NCBI GenBank assembly: GCA_030141605.1
Contig: JAQGDQ010002373.1
Span: 29,470 to 93,469 of the forward strand
DNA from: Tubiluchus corallicola
Taxonomy: Eukaryota > Animalia > Priapulida
Direction: 5' to 3'
DNA: 64,000 nucleotides
Under the pieces are notes generated by a model. The model worked only from the letters and a program-made list of their open reading frames with translations. It did not search any database and was not told where the DNA came from. This document shows, one piece after another, positions 26,867 to 39,580 of this stretch. A program made the position numbers and the translations under genes. Position 1 is the stretch's first letter. The number at the start of each line of letters is the position of its first letter.

Positions 26867-27031
26867 GCATGCGTAGGTCCGTTCAAAGCAATAATAATAA
26901 TAGTAAACGCAATAAACTACATAAAGAAAAGCATAATGCGCTGCTTGCATTTGAATAAAACATTGTTCCAGTGAGGCATCGCAAAGAAGTAATCATATTT
27001 CGGCAATCGTGAGGTCTTTTACGTTTAACAG

Positions 27032-27137
<106 letters not shown>

Positions 27138-27172
27138 TCCCTCTCTCTTGCCGCAGGCGCGCCGTTTGCCAG

Positions 27173-27217
<45 letters not shown>

Positions 27218-27233
27218 ATTGTTATATATATAT

Positions 27234-27555
27234 AATCTTTATTTGCCATTAAAATACATTGATAATCACTGATAAAAATTTTACAGAGATGATTAATCAG
27301 TGTTAGTTAATAAAAACTTACACTGCTAAAGGCAAATGCATCAGTGCAATCTAATCTACTGTGCAGTAATGGAAAGTAACGACGAATAAAATCAAACATA
27401 TTTACAACTGTGCACAAAAAATGAAAAAAACATGATTTAATTAATATGGCCGTGGATATATGAATTCTGAATTAGTGTGTATGTGGTCGTACTGGTGTGA
27501 TGGTATTTCATAACTTGTTAATATTAGTGATTTTAATTTTGTTTTAAATGCTGAT
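27234..27555 (-). mobile_element. LINE family 1, 3' end, next to a MITE-A fragment with (CT)n at ~27035-27175
   Basis: Matches ~10896-11218. Confidence 0.85.
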
Positions 27556-28374
27556 GGGGGTCAGTGCTAGTGTAAGCGTACTGAAGCGATCTTTACAAAA
27601 AAAACGGAGCTCTTGACAAAAACATATTTTTCACTCGTACGACTCTCAGTGTCGCCTCCTGTCGATGGCGCATTAAAACCTATCAGGTAAATAAAGAAGC
27701 AGACTACGATAAACAGCCAGGTAGTGCTATTGAAACTCAATTTCAAAGTACTAAAAATTCTGTTCCACGTCTTGGTGGTGTTTAAGCTTCTTCTTTGTAT
27801 GTGTCGAAGAACGTGATGCGAAAAAATGGCGCTACGTGGCGCTCTTTGTGAGTAGCTATGGTAGTGGTATAGTGATAATCAATGATATTGAACCAGAGAA
27901 TTTTGATATTTATGTAAAGACTTTTTAGTCTGTTTTTTCGATGATAGGAATGCTTTGAACTTTGTCCTTTGACCATTTTAATTTCTGACCTGTAATGGTC
28001 ACATACCTCTCGTATTTCACATTTTTTGTCATTTTACAATGAAACTGGAATCAGTAATTGCGTTAAATCAAACAGCGTTCTGAAATGTTATGTTGTTACA
28101 ATATATCGTCGTCATAAACTTTCATAATAGCACAGTATTATACCATGTTTTATAACAGTTTTGCAAAGAAAAAGCACTAATTTTACAAATCGTCTATATT
28201 ATTGAAATCTATTATGTTTAATAGCATCCGTCTTTCACTCTAGACTTGGGGCTAGATTTTTTGGACTTTTTATTTTCCGTTGTCTTAATTTTTTATTTTA
28301 GCTAACGTTGTAAATAATATATTATAGATTTTTTTCATTCCTAACTTAATTTTATTTTCCTATAATTTCAGATT

Positions 28375-28549
28375 AATTTGTATTCGTCTTTTAATCGTTT
28401 GTAATTTGTATTCGTCTTTTAATCGTTTGTAATTTGTATTCGTCTTTTAATCGTTTGTAATTTGTATTCGTCTTTTAATCGTTTGTAATTTGTATTCGTC
28501 TTTTAATCGTTTGTAATTTGTATTCGACTTTTAATCTTTTGTAATTTGT
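28375..28549. repeat. 28-bp tandem repeat, about 6 copies
   Basis: Unit AATTTGTATTCGTCTTTTAATCGTTTGT. Confidence 0.9.
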
Positions 28550-28572
28550 ACATTTTGCAAATTCTCGTCCAT

Positions 28573-29152
28573 TTCAAAGCTTCAACAACTAACCTGAGAA
28601 AAACTTTAAAATTCCCAATCATTGAAGCACACAAAGAATATTTTACTCTGCTTTTTATATTTAAATACATTAATAACATCAGCAAAGCATTCCAGAATAA
28701 CAGATTTACCTTTTTTCCAAATCCTATCGTTAATTCCAGAACAAGTAATCTAAAACAAATTAGGACAAATACCCACTATGGAACGAACTCTGTAATCAAA
28801 CAAGCAATTCTACTTTGGAATTCTCTACCATTACAGGTTAAACAAATCAAGACCCTATCAGCATTTAAAACAAAATTAAAATCACTAATATTAACAAGTT
28901 ATAAAATACCATCACACCTGTACGACAATATACACACTAATTCAGAATTTGTATACACACGGCCATATTAATTAAATCATAGTTTTTTCATTTTTTTGTG
29001 CATAGTTGTAAATATGTTTGATTTTATTCGTCGTTACTTTCCATTACTGCACAGTAGTTTAGATTGCACTGACAAGTTTTTATTAACTAACACTGATTGA
29101 TCATCTCTGTAAAGTTTTTATCAATGTATTTTAATGGCAAATAAAGATTATT
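28573..29152 (+). mobile_element. LINE family 1, 3' end
   Basis: ORF 28546-28971 nearly identical to the end of ORF 11105-11935; ends in (TA)n. Confidence 0.9.
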
Positions 29153-29671
29153 TTATATATATATATATATAAATGTAAAATCAATTATAAGGGGTTATAT
29201 ATATATATTTACCCGTATTCACTGCTTTATTTTGTCAATAATTATAAACTCAAAATTTGAAGCAAAGAAGTAAATAAATAAAAAATATTATTTTGACATC
29301 AGAAATGGCACAACGTTCGGTTTACGAGCAATTAATTATATAAGATCTAAAGTTATAAATGTTTCCATAATGCATCAGTTATTATATGTACAAAAACTAT
29401 ATAATGTATTAATCGAGGTACTTTTTTATAATTACGCGATACTGGATACATGAGCGGCTCAACTCTTGTGGTACGGATACATTACTAAAAGACAATTAAT
29501 TATTCTCAACGTCTAAATTATTATCAGTGGTAGGTCAAGACCATAACTTGAAAGGCAGGAAATGTGAAAACCTTGGGATAGTGCCTGGATTTGTCATTTG
29601 GGATTTATACGATCACCACCGAATAGTAAAACAACGTTGTGCCACTTTGCAAATCAACACTTTTGCAAGTT

Positions 29672-29867
29672 ACTACTACGAACGTGCTCTAGCAGCATAT
29701 AATCGCTCTGCGTCATCAACGGTCAAAATAAACACTACTACGAACGTGCTCTAACAGTATATAATCGCTCTGCGTCATCTAACGGTCAAAATAAACACTA
29801 CTACGAACCTGCTATAGCAGCATATAATCGCTCTGCGTCATCTAACGGTCAAAATAAACACTACTAC
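29672..29867. repeat. ~62-bp tandem repeat, 3 copies
   Basis: ACTACTACGAACGTGCTCTAGCAGCATATAATCGCTCTGCGTCATC(T)AACGGTCAAAATAAAC. Confidence 0.9.
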
Positions 29868-30699
29868 ATTTAAGCAGTCTGCTTTATAGGAGTCTCATGA
29901 AAATTATCTCAAATTTTTAAACACTGAGATTGATATTAGAGTATTTTTTTCTAAACACGAAAGCGTTAAATTTGTAACTTTTAAAAACATTTTCGTGTCA
30001 AAAAATTAATTGCTGGAACAATGTCAGCTGTAGTCATCAACTGAAAACAGCTACATTCAGGCATAAAGTACTTAACCCTTTCAGTCCCAAATTATTTTTA
30101 ATAAGAAAAAAATTTTTGGCTTGGTACTTTTGTTCAGTATGTCCATCTTGTTTACACATAATAATTATTTTTTTCTACCTGTGCCCGCGTGCTAAATATA
30201 GCCTGTATCCCACGGGATACATTGGGATTCAATGGAAGCATAAAATGTGTTTCATTTTGCAACTGCTGATAATTTTTTAAAGTATTTAAGACATTTACTA
30301 TGCATGCTATGCTGATCTGTACAAAGTCGTCTCTAAAGTACTGTACCTTGCGCAGTTTTTTATGCTATGTAGATTTTCTAGTTTGCCATTTTATCACCAT
30401 TTTAGTCTATTGTTATTGGCTTAAATCAAAGTAACTATTAACAGACCAAATAACTATCAGTTTTAAAATTTTATTAATTTTCTATAAATTAATCCGGGTC
30501 TTAATCCTCTCGATTATGGGTTTCCTGTGGGAGTTCCTTTAAAGAGGAAGTGTATTACAATGGCCATGCAAGCCGCTTGATGCAAAGAAACTAAAGAACA
30601 TAAAATGGTTGATAAAAAGAAGCGAGAAACTGTATTGGAAGAAATGCCATCATTTAGTTTGCAGTGAAAAATAATAATTTTTCCTAATTTGACCTAAAA

Positions 30700-31850
30700 A
30701 TAAACCTGCAAACTATAGGCCAGTTGCAATTACCAGTACTGTTGGCAAACTGCTTGAGAGCCATGTCGTTTCAATGTAATACTTGTCTATCTGAAATCTA
30801 ACAATTATTTGAAAAGATCTCAACAAAGGTTTCTCAAGAAATGGTCAGTGACAAGTAATTTACTAGAGTTTTTCGAATATGTATTTTCCACATTGGATCA
30901 CCGTAGCTCTTTTGTTTTAGTATAGCTAGACTTAGCAAAAACATTTGACAAAGTCCAACATAGAAGGTTACTGCTTACACTTGAGGCTTGTGGTGTTCAA
31001 GGGCAACTGCCTAACAGGATAAAAGCACGGCTAAGTGACAGATTTCCAATATGCCGAAGTTGAGGGTTGTGCCTCATCTACTGTCCCAGTTCTGTCAGGA
31101 GTGCCACAAGGAAGCGTCCTCCGACCCCTTTTATTTCTCATCTTTATAGATGATGTAAATGATAATGCAGTTAGTTGGCTACTCAAGTTTGCTGACGATA
31201 CCAAATTAGCATATCCAATATGTTCTTCTATGCAAGTGAGACAGCTTCAAGAAGACTTGCACCAAATCTGTGCATGGTCTGATAAATGGCAGATTGAATT
31301 CAATACACTTGATGGTAAATGCAAGGTGCATCATATGGGTAATCAGACCAATCCAACCACATACAGCTTTGGTGATGTCAATTTGCCTGTAGTCACTGAG
31401 GAGGTAGATCTTCGACTGTTAGTAGATAGCAAACTAAATTTTCACAGGCATGTGTCTAAGAAAATTAGTAAGAGTAACAGAATCCTTGAATTAACTTGTA
31501 GAACCATAACTTCCAGAAGAGCTGAGATAATTCTCCCACTACACAAATCTCTTGTTCATCCTCATCTTGAATACCTCAGTCAGGTATGGGACATTTATTA
31601 TGTCAAGGACATCCGTACTCTCGAGCAGGTGCAAGCATGAACTGTGGACATACTCGCAAAAACTGCAACAATTAGACCTGTATCGATTTTCTGCAAGAAG
31701 ACGTGGGGGGGGGAGACTTATTGAAGTGTTCAAGATTCTTAAGGGACTTACTGTCAGCAATGCAAACCAGTTTTTTACACTCAATAGAAGCATTACATGT
31801 GGTCATAGTGCTAAATTGTAAAAGCATAGAAACATTACTGAAAAGTATCC
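30700..31850 (+). mobile_element. Degenerate CR1 LINE reverse transcriptase
   Basis: NYRPVAITS, LDLAKTFDKV, SGVPQGSVL, KFADDTKL, LIEVFKIL, with stops and frameshifts. Confidence 0.9.
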
Positions 31851-32087
31851 GCATGTTTTTCACAAGCCGAAGTGAAACGAGGAACTCGTTAATTGATTCA
31901 GAATTCCGTGCAAGAAACCTCCTATTGTAATATCGGTTTGGTATATTATTAGGAGGAGAGTAAACCAACAACGAATAAGTGGACAAGGGGTGTTTTTTGG
32001 CTAGCTACTCAGTGGATGAGAGATTGGTGCAAGAGATGGAAATCAGGGTTTACTCACCACGAAGGTGAGTATATCCGTGTTAACCGG

Positions 32088-32483
32088 TAGGGGTGAGCAT
32101 CGAATGTTGGAGTTCGAAGGTTCGAATCGAATTCGAACGAGATTTTTTAGTTCAAACTCGATTCGAATCCAAAACTATAGATTCAAATAATTCAGCATTT
32201 CAGTCACATACGTTCTTTATCATTAAACCGATTGAAACATCATGCAATTAGCATAATTCAGCTGTGATTTCTGTGCACAATTTTATACCAATTACTAGTC
32301 GTTTTATTGCAGAAGAAAATCTAGTGATATGCATGATCTTTGTAAGACTAATTTTTACTGCTGGTTCGAAAACTTGTTCGAAAATCTATCAATCTCATTT
32401 CGAATTCGGTTCGATTAGAATTCGAAAGTTCACAAATTCGGTTCGATTCGAATTCGCTTTCTGGTAGAGAATGCTCACCCCAA
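32088..32483. mobile_element. hAT-type MITE family C (TTCGAA-rich)
   Basis: TIRs TAGGGGTGAGCAT ... ATGCTCACCCCAA; TSD TTAACCGG. Confidence 0.9.
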
Positions 32484-33569
32484 TTAACCGGAAATTTTTT
32501 TGTGATGAATGTCAAAGTATCCATGGTCAGACATAATATCTATGAGCTGCGTTACAAAAAAATCGGTGCATGTGTCTTGAATTTCGCGACGAAAGTTAAA
32601 AATATTACAGTGAACGGAGTGACGTGACTGAACTAGTCAACTTCTTGCATTTGAGCCAAAGAAACGTTATTTCACGTTCGCGAAGTGAAAGCGATGAGTT
32701 GCGTAATCTGAATCCTTGTTTTATTACATCGCTCTATGCATTGTCTAAATTTTGAGAAAAACTGACTGAAATGTTACCCGATAATAATTATAGTATAGGG
32801 AATTTTTAAAAGCCAAGCATCCAGTGTTTAACTTAAGAACAACATTGCATCATACTTTATTATAGCCAAAAAAGGCATTGGCTGCTTGGTAGGAATGAGT
32901 GGATATCTCAGTTTTGTGAAATTTGCAGTTATTGAATGCACAAATTTACTACGCATTGATATAAAAGATTTCACACAAGTTCACTAATGCCTAATGAATG
33001 ATATCTATAGCTTCAGTCATTGATGTTATTATTACAACATTTCAGTTTTGTTTTTTCTTATTTGCTTCTGTTTTCTTTGTTTTGTTTTGTATGATTTATA
33101 TTTACCTTATTTTTCCTTAGTGTAATTTATTATACTCTTTATGAACATCTTTGGTTGACCATTCTACTTTTTTATGTCAGATTTTTTTTAGTTAATGCTC
33201 ACATTATCCATTTTCTGTTATGTTAAAAATCTTAAGTTGCTTTTATTTTGTTTGCATCGCATGTTCACAGTATTTTAGAATTGTAAATTTTTGGTTATTT
33301 AAATTATAATGTTCTACAATATTGCGTTTCTCATCAGTTAATTGCCAATTACACACGTCAACAGAATTCAAATTTAAATTGAAAACGGTGCCAAAATTAA
33401 TTTTACTTAATCGTTGCTATTTAAGGGTGGCTGACTAGATAACCTACGTGTTCTTCGCTGCCCTTCTCCTTTGTTACATAATATTGCATGCATTCCTAAT
33501 ACTGTATTTTCTTAATTCTTGATGAGTTAATAAATAAATTGAATCGAATTGAAATTATAGTAGGTTGTG

Positions 33570-33771
33570 ATGTCTTCCAACCGAGGTGAACTACAAAAAC
33601 GCAGACAAGGAAAGCCATTAAGCAGGCTTCGATTGAGAAGGGGGCAATGTAACGTCAGTCGGCTCAAGCCTTGTTTGCAGTTCGATGAAAGCGATCTGAA
33701 CCAAGATCAGTTTTTGTCGTGCACTCCATATGATGAAGGAAACTTATCATCGTCCATCTGTACTAGTCCTG
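33570..33771 (+). CDS. EIF2AK1: HRI-like eIF2-alpha kinase, coding exon 1 (phase-1 donor)
   Basis: ATG at 33570; QFDESD resembles the HRI N-terminal (Y/F)DESD; splices in frame to 35805; donor G|GTATAA is weak. Confidence 0.7.
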
Positions 33772-33885
33772 GTATAAAATCTCATTTTAAATTTTGGTTT
33801 ATGTAAAATTAACATTTTGTTTAATGGAATGATGTAGTTTAATGTAGAAGAAAATGTAAATTATGGATTTGTAATTGAGAACTAG

Positions 33886-34687
33886 TGTGTTGGGAGCCAA
33901 GTAAACCACTAGCCCAAGTAGGACAATTGGTGTATATGGGCCAGCCCAAGTAGAACGCGGCGTATATGGACTATGCCAAGTAGGACGCGTCGTACATGGG
34001 CTAGCCCAAGTAGGACACTAGAGACAGGTCGCGAATTGAGTTGTTAAGCGTACCGGCACCGTCCGTTGTCCTTGTTTACGTAATAATAATAATTAAAAAC
34101 GTCAATACACGTTGAATAATTTATTATACATCTGATAAAATAAAAGAATTTTATTTTGAGTTAGTAAAATTTCCAATATTAAATTTGGCTTCGATATTAA
34201 TCTTTTTGAAGCGAAATAAGCCCGTTCTTAGGCGATTCGTTACCGATTCGATTCCAACATTTGCTTAAGGTATATCATTTTTTATTTTGTCTCGCTTCGC
34301 AGACGACAGGTGATCCGCTTCACTACCTCTTGGACAAATAATTGTTTTCTACTAAGTAAACGGGCTAGCGAGTTATGTGCCCTACATAGTTTCTCTCTTT
34401 AAAGCACTAGATACCTAGTTGAATGTTAAGATGATATTAATGGAGCTAATAATAATGATGATATTACTGTAAAAAACATTGTAAATTGTCAAGGAGTATC
34501 CATCATTATTATAAAGTTACTTTTTTCTAAAACAAATTTAGTTTTACGTTTCATGATGTCGTAATTCTCAACAGCAATCGTCCTACTTGGGCTGCCCGTG
34601 TACGACGTTGCTTTTCCGCAAATTTAGCACATGCGTTTTACCGGAAGTGTCCTACTTCGGCTAATGGTTTACTCGGCGCCCTACACA
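33886..34687. mobile_element. Non-autonomous TIR element with subterminal repeats in HRI intron 1
   Basis: ~40-bp TIRs with 5 mismatches; subterminal AGCCCAAGTAGGAC repeats; TSD not resolved. Confidence 0.7.
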
Positions 34688-35048
34688 GTGTTATAAATTC
34701 GCCAGAAATAAGTTTTAATTGTTCAAACGTGGATAACTAAACTTTGAATGCCTATATTATCATGTATGTAAATCTCAAGAAATTGAAACATGGTATGATA
34801 CAGTACTTTTTAATGCATCTTTTACTGTCCAGATCAAATCATATTATATTCGGGTTTGTGTCATCTGAATTTCTGAAGGCATCCAGCCTCTCTGTTAGCT
34901 TGATAAAACTCTCTGGTGGCATTTCAAACCCGTTGTACTGACTATCAGTATTAGAGTAGAATGTTCCTTTTAAATAAATTATGCCACTTACTTTGTGCAC
35001 TACTGTTCAAACTGAAGTGTTATACTGTCATGATTAGGGGTAAAGCGA

Positions 35049-35587
35049 GTTGTTGGCATCCTTCTGTCTCGGAAGACAATGGAGTGTGCGCCAAGAGAGT
35101 CAGTTATTGATCACATTGATGGAGCTGCAGCGTAGACTTTGGCTGAGCAGTGCGATCCTTGAACGTCTCCAGGGCGCACGCCTGGGCAAGGTGTATGGAG
35201 ATCCTGAGTTGTCCAGACAACAGGAACCCCCTCTCTTCCTCCATGGTGTAGTCCAAAGCAAAGCGTAGCGATACGTTTGGCTGCAGGAGCTGCTGGAGTC
35301 AGTGAGCATGCTGCACTGGTCCGCCTTCGGGGCTCCACTCCTGATTTGGAAGGTTTACTCCTCTACACATGGCCGTTGGGTCACTTGACCTCCTTGGCCC
35401 TCTAGCCGTTGGCTGCTTGTGCAGCTCCTCCGCCTAGTGTCGACATACAGTGTGGGCATCCCGCAAGCCTACAGCACCTGGTATTCCTAGGCGGTCACCC
35501 ATCCAAGTACCAACCAGGCAGCTCTACGTTGCTTAACTTCGGTGATCAGACGACAGCCGGTGTTTTCAACGTGATATGGCCGTAGAC
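35049..35587 (-). mobile_element. 5S-derived SINE, full length
   Basis: Reverse complement of the 18675-19223 family, including the 5S head at ~35465-35587. Confidence 0.92.
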
Positions 35588-35804
35588 ATCACAGACAGAC
35601 TACGTTATATACACACTTTAAGCGAGCTATATTAACAATATGAATGCTAATAAATTATTGCACTACAAAAAGATTACCGTGCGGTAAGATTATTGGGTTC
35701 TTAAATTAACAATACGCATTCTAGTAATAAATCCATTTAACTTTGCACCAAAGTTGATTTATTAAGGAAAGTATACCGTATATTTAAAATTTTAAAACTT
35801 GCAG

Positions 35805-36019
35805 CTCTGGATTTCCAGGAACGACCTGATTTGGCCGCTACAACTGCGTTAGCTAATGAAGATCATGTTAAAGCAGTCCACGCAGTTGATGCTATGTTTG
35901 AGCCATCGTATCTATTCATGGCAGCGCTCATTGAGCATCTGTGTACGCTGTACGGTGGAGACGAGGATGCATCACAGAGCCTGTTTCATGTAGTATGGCA
36001 CAAGCTTGTTGAAATGAGG
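35805..36019 (+). CDS. EIF2AK1: HRI-like kinase exon 2
   Basis: PSYLFMAALIEHLC...SLF...KLVEM matches the HRI N-terminal domain (LLLVSLLEHL...VF...FIKM); AG/GT borders. Confidence 0.88.
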
Positions 36020-36877
36020 GTAATTTTTCACTGACTATGACTTCAGTAAAGCTGAGCAAAATAATTTTAACAAGTCCAGGCTTTTTTTCACAATTTAAAT
36101 TTGTTTTTGTCTATTCTTAACCTTTTTCAATTGTTCACTAGCACATATCATGTACATTGAACACCCTGGAAAAAATGCCACTTGACCAAAGTTACTTACA
36201 ACTTGTTATCTCTCAGGCTAGCCTGGGTACAGTGAAGCCAGGTGTGTTGATTCTAGAGAGTCATGAATTTTTGCGTTACCTGTAGCGTTTGTTTGACATG
36301 CCTGGCCGCTCTTGTATGAGAGGTTAGATAGCCTTAGAATAGGGAAAAATCCTGTTTTAGTGGTATAGAGGCCAGTAGTTGTGTGGTCAGTATGCCACTG
36401 TTGTAAGATCAGTATGTCTCTCAAATTTCTCAACGCGTACCTTCATCACAGCTTGCCTTCACGGCATCCACGCTGCCCAGCAGACACCAGCTTACGTCAT
36501 TTTTTGCAAACACAACGGCAGCGACGTTTGTTTGGCGGGAGATGAAAAATATTTAAATTTCTTTTACATTTTTAAGCAAAACGTTCTATGCGCATATATT
36601 GGGTAGTGATTTCAATATTTTTAATTACATACAAAAATGCAATAAATGTTGTTCGAGGGTTGATTTTTCCTTTAAAATGATTTGGTTGGGCGTGGTCAAG
36701 TAAGTTGTGCTTGTCGTTAGTGTGATTAGCTACATGTTTTATGTCAACTTATTGAACCTTAATCTTTTTTATAATCCTTGGCGATTTATAATCAGAAGGT
36801 TTAATCAGTTTTTATTTGTTGGCAATTATTGTACTAATATTTTCTTTTTAGTTTACAACGTTCTTGTGTTTGTGTAG

Positions 36878-37065
36878 GTTGTGTCTCGCTGTTATACTGT
36901 AGAGCATCTGAATCGATTTCGGCACGTTTATCGGAGTCCGTTCGAATTTCTGCTGCTGAGTGCTAAAGAACATGTTTTAAAAAATCACAAGATTATACTG
37001 CATCCTTCGCTTAGCAGTGGCGACAAAGCAAGGCTTTTGTTGCAGCCCCAAATCAACAATTTCAG
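36878..37065 (+). CDS. EIF2AK1: HRI-like kinase exon 3
   Basis: VVSRCYTVEHLNRFRHVYRSPFEFLLLSAK; splice phases fit both neighbours. Confidence 0.85.
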
Positions 37066-37099
37066 GTAATCAACATGAATTGAGAGCGTATACGACTGC

Positions 37100-37138
<39 letters not shown>

Positions 37139-37195
37139 GTAAAAAGAAATATTTATTAAGATACGTTTGAGTAATAGCAAAAACTATGAAGCAAT

Positions 37196-37471
37196 CAGGG
37201 CCTATTTCAGGGGGGGGGGGAAGTGGGGATACTTCCCCGAGGCCTCACCCTCCAGGGGGGCCTCGCGCCGCGGTAACTTTTTTTTTGCTCTGTGCGAACG
37301 TACTGTATAACTCCATATTTTCTCTTCGAAAATGCTTCTCCAGCATTCTAGCAGCTCAAAAATTTTCTGGGCGCCAAAATGCGTTGGCGCCCACTCCCCG
37401 GTGCTTCACCCCCCCCGAGGAGGCCTCACGCCCCACTTTCCCGGGCCTCGCTTAGGCTGAAATAGGCCCTG
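37196..37471 (+). mobile_element. hAT-type MITE family A, internally deleted, no (CT)n
   Basis: TIRs present; perfect TSD GAAGCAAT. Confidence 0.92.
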
Positions 37472-37697
37472 GAAGCAATTAAACCCTCTCTTATTATAGA
37501 GAATAAAAATGCGGCTACGTGTCATGTCGGCTTTACATTTTTCTCAGTTTGCAGACTTAACTAATTTCTAAGTTTGAAATAGGATTAAATTGTATTGCTA
37601 CTGAAATACGTTTGACAGAGCAAGGTGAGGTGACTGTGCCTGACTGAACTGTTGTTGTAATATCGTGTTTATGTAACACAAGTTTTTTCTTAACAAG

Positions 37698-37803
37698 GTT
37701 GCCAAGCTGGAATTTGGAATACACGTTTGACTTGACGCGTTACCTGAATGAATTTATTGAACTGGAACAAATTGGCAAAGGTGGATTTGGTTTTGTTTAC
37801 AAG
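37698..37803 (+). CDS. EIF2AK1: HRI-like kinase exon 4 (subdomain I)
   Basis: TRYLNEFIELEQIGKGGFGFVYK. Confidence 0.92.
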
Positions 37804-37827
37804 GTATCGTGAATTTTTTTAAATCTT

Positions 37828-38180
37828 TAAAAACTCATATAGTAAGTTCTTTCGTGTTTCTATTGTTATATAAAACTCACATTGTAAGGCCTTTCTTGTT
37901 TCTATTGTTCTATAAAACTCACATTGTAAGGCCTTTCTTGTTTCTCTTGTTCTATAAAACTCACATTGTGAGTTCTTTCTCGTTTATATTGTTCTATAAA
38001 ACTCACATTGTAAGGCCTTTCTTGTTTCTATTGTTCTATAAAACTCACATTGTAAGGCCTTTCTTGTTTCTATTGTTCTATAAAACTCACATTGTAAGGC
38101 CTTTCTTGTTTCTATTGTTCTATAAAACTCACATTGTAAGACCTTTCTTGTTTCTATTGTTCTATAAAACTCACATTGTA
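37828..38180. repeat. 42-bp tandem repeat, about 8 copies, at the start of HRI intron 4
   Basis: Unit TATAAAACTCACATTGTAAGGCCTTTCTTGTTTCTATTGTTC. Confidence 0.95.
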
Positions 38181-38529
38181 CTCGATTCGAATCCAAAACT
38201 ATAGATTCGAATAATTCAGCACTTCAATCACATATGTTCCTGATCATTAAATCGATTGAAACATCATGCAATTAGCATAATTTAGCTGTGATTTCTGTGC
38301 ACAACTTTAAAGAAATTACTAGTCGTTTTATTGCAGAACAAAATCTAGTAATATGCATGATCTTTGTAAGACTAATTTTTACTGGTGGTTCGAAAACTTG
38401 TTTGAAAATCGTTCAATCTCAATTCGAATTCGGTTCGAATTCGAAACACCGGAGTTCGGTTCGATTCGAATCAGAAAGTCGCAAATTTGTTTCGATTCGA
38501 ATTCGCTTTCTGGTAGAGAATGCTCACCC
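38180..38529. mobile_element. MITE family C, left end missing
   Basis: Matches ~32156-32480. Confidence 0.85.
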
Positions 38530-38653
38530 GCACTTTTTAAGGTTGTGATATATGACCATCATGAAATTAAATGTACTTTTTCTATTGTCTGCATAATCCT
38601 GCTGAGTTTTTAAAGAAGCATCCAGGTATTATATCCACTAACTATTTCAACAG

Positions 38654-38789
38654 GCACGAAATCGACTGGATAACAATGAGTATGCGGTAAAGAAAGTGCT
38701 TTTTCCAAAGAATTTTACTCAGTGCAAAATAGCAAAGATAATGCGAGAAGTTACGCTACTTGCAAAGCTACGTCATGATAACGTAGTTG
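38654..38789 (+). CDS. EIF2AK1: HRI-like kinase exon 5 (subdomains II-IV)
   Basis: ARNRLDNNEYAVKKV...MREVTLLAKLRHDNVV(G); CAG acceptor, GTATGT donor. Confidence 0.93.
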
Positions 38790-39580
38790 GTATGTGGAGA
38801 TTTTTAATACAAAATTGTTTATATATTGTAAGAAAAGACATAAACTGTACCAAAAACTGATTATAAAAATACACAAAAACACACTGTCGTACATGCGAGC
38901 ATTTAATTTACAGTTTATTAATAATTTTGATTTGTAGTTTTAAACTTTTTGTTTTTCACTACCACTAAGTCAGTGCTGACATCTGTTTGTACACTTGGAA
39001 GTTTCCAATATATGTATGTACTTGCTACTGCTATATGTTTGTATGGAACTGGGTCACTGGGCTTCTCTGTAAATGTAGTAGTTTTTCACACTTGGTAGCA
39101 TGATGAGAGGACAGGCATGGGTTTAAACAGTTGTTTGGTTATAATAACGTTTGTGACTCAGGTGCCATGATATATTGGCTGATGGATTTATAACTTTTGT
39201 TTACTACTGTTGATTATGTTTACCATTTTCGTTTATATGTGGATTGACTATGAGACTATGATTTTGAGTAAAATACAGATCGTAAAGTTAAACCATGTTT
39301 TCATCCAGTGATTTCATCTGTTTAACAAGAACATCGAAACTTCAAAAACAGTCTGATAAACCTGCCAATGTCGGTTGTTAGCTCTCCCCAAAACACCCCA
39401 GCGACAACTTTAGCGTCACGACACACACTGTCAAACCTTTTTATACTGCCCACTTTTCCTAGCCATTTTGCAGGCTGTAAAAGAATTTGGCGTAATAACA
39501 GGAGGGGCATTATTACGACGTTTGTCTGTATTTCATTTTTAGCACAAGAAAGATTAACGAAATCGTCAAATTTGTTTTGG

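Noticed and set aside
30072-30235. piggyBac-like end TTAACCCTTTCAGTCCCAA
   Set aside because: Only a weak partial partner (TTGGGATTCAATGG) and no second TTAA.
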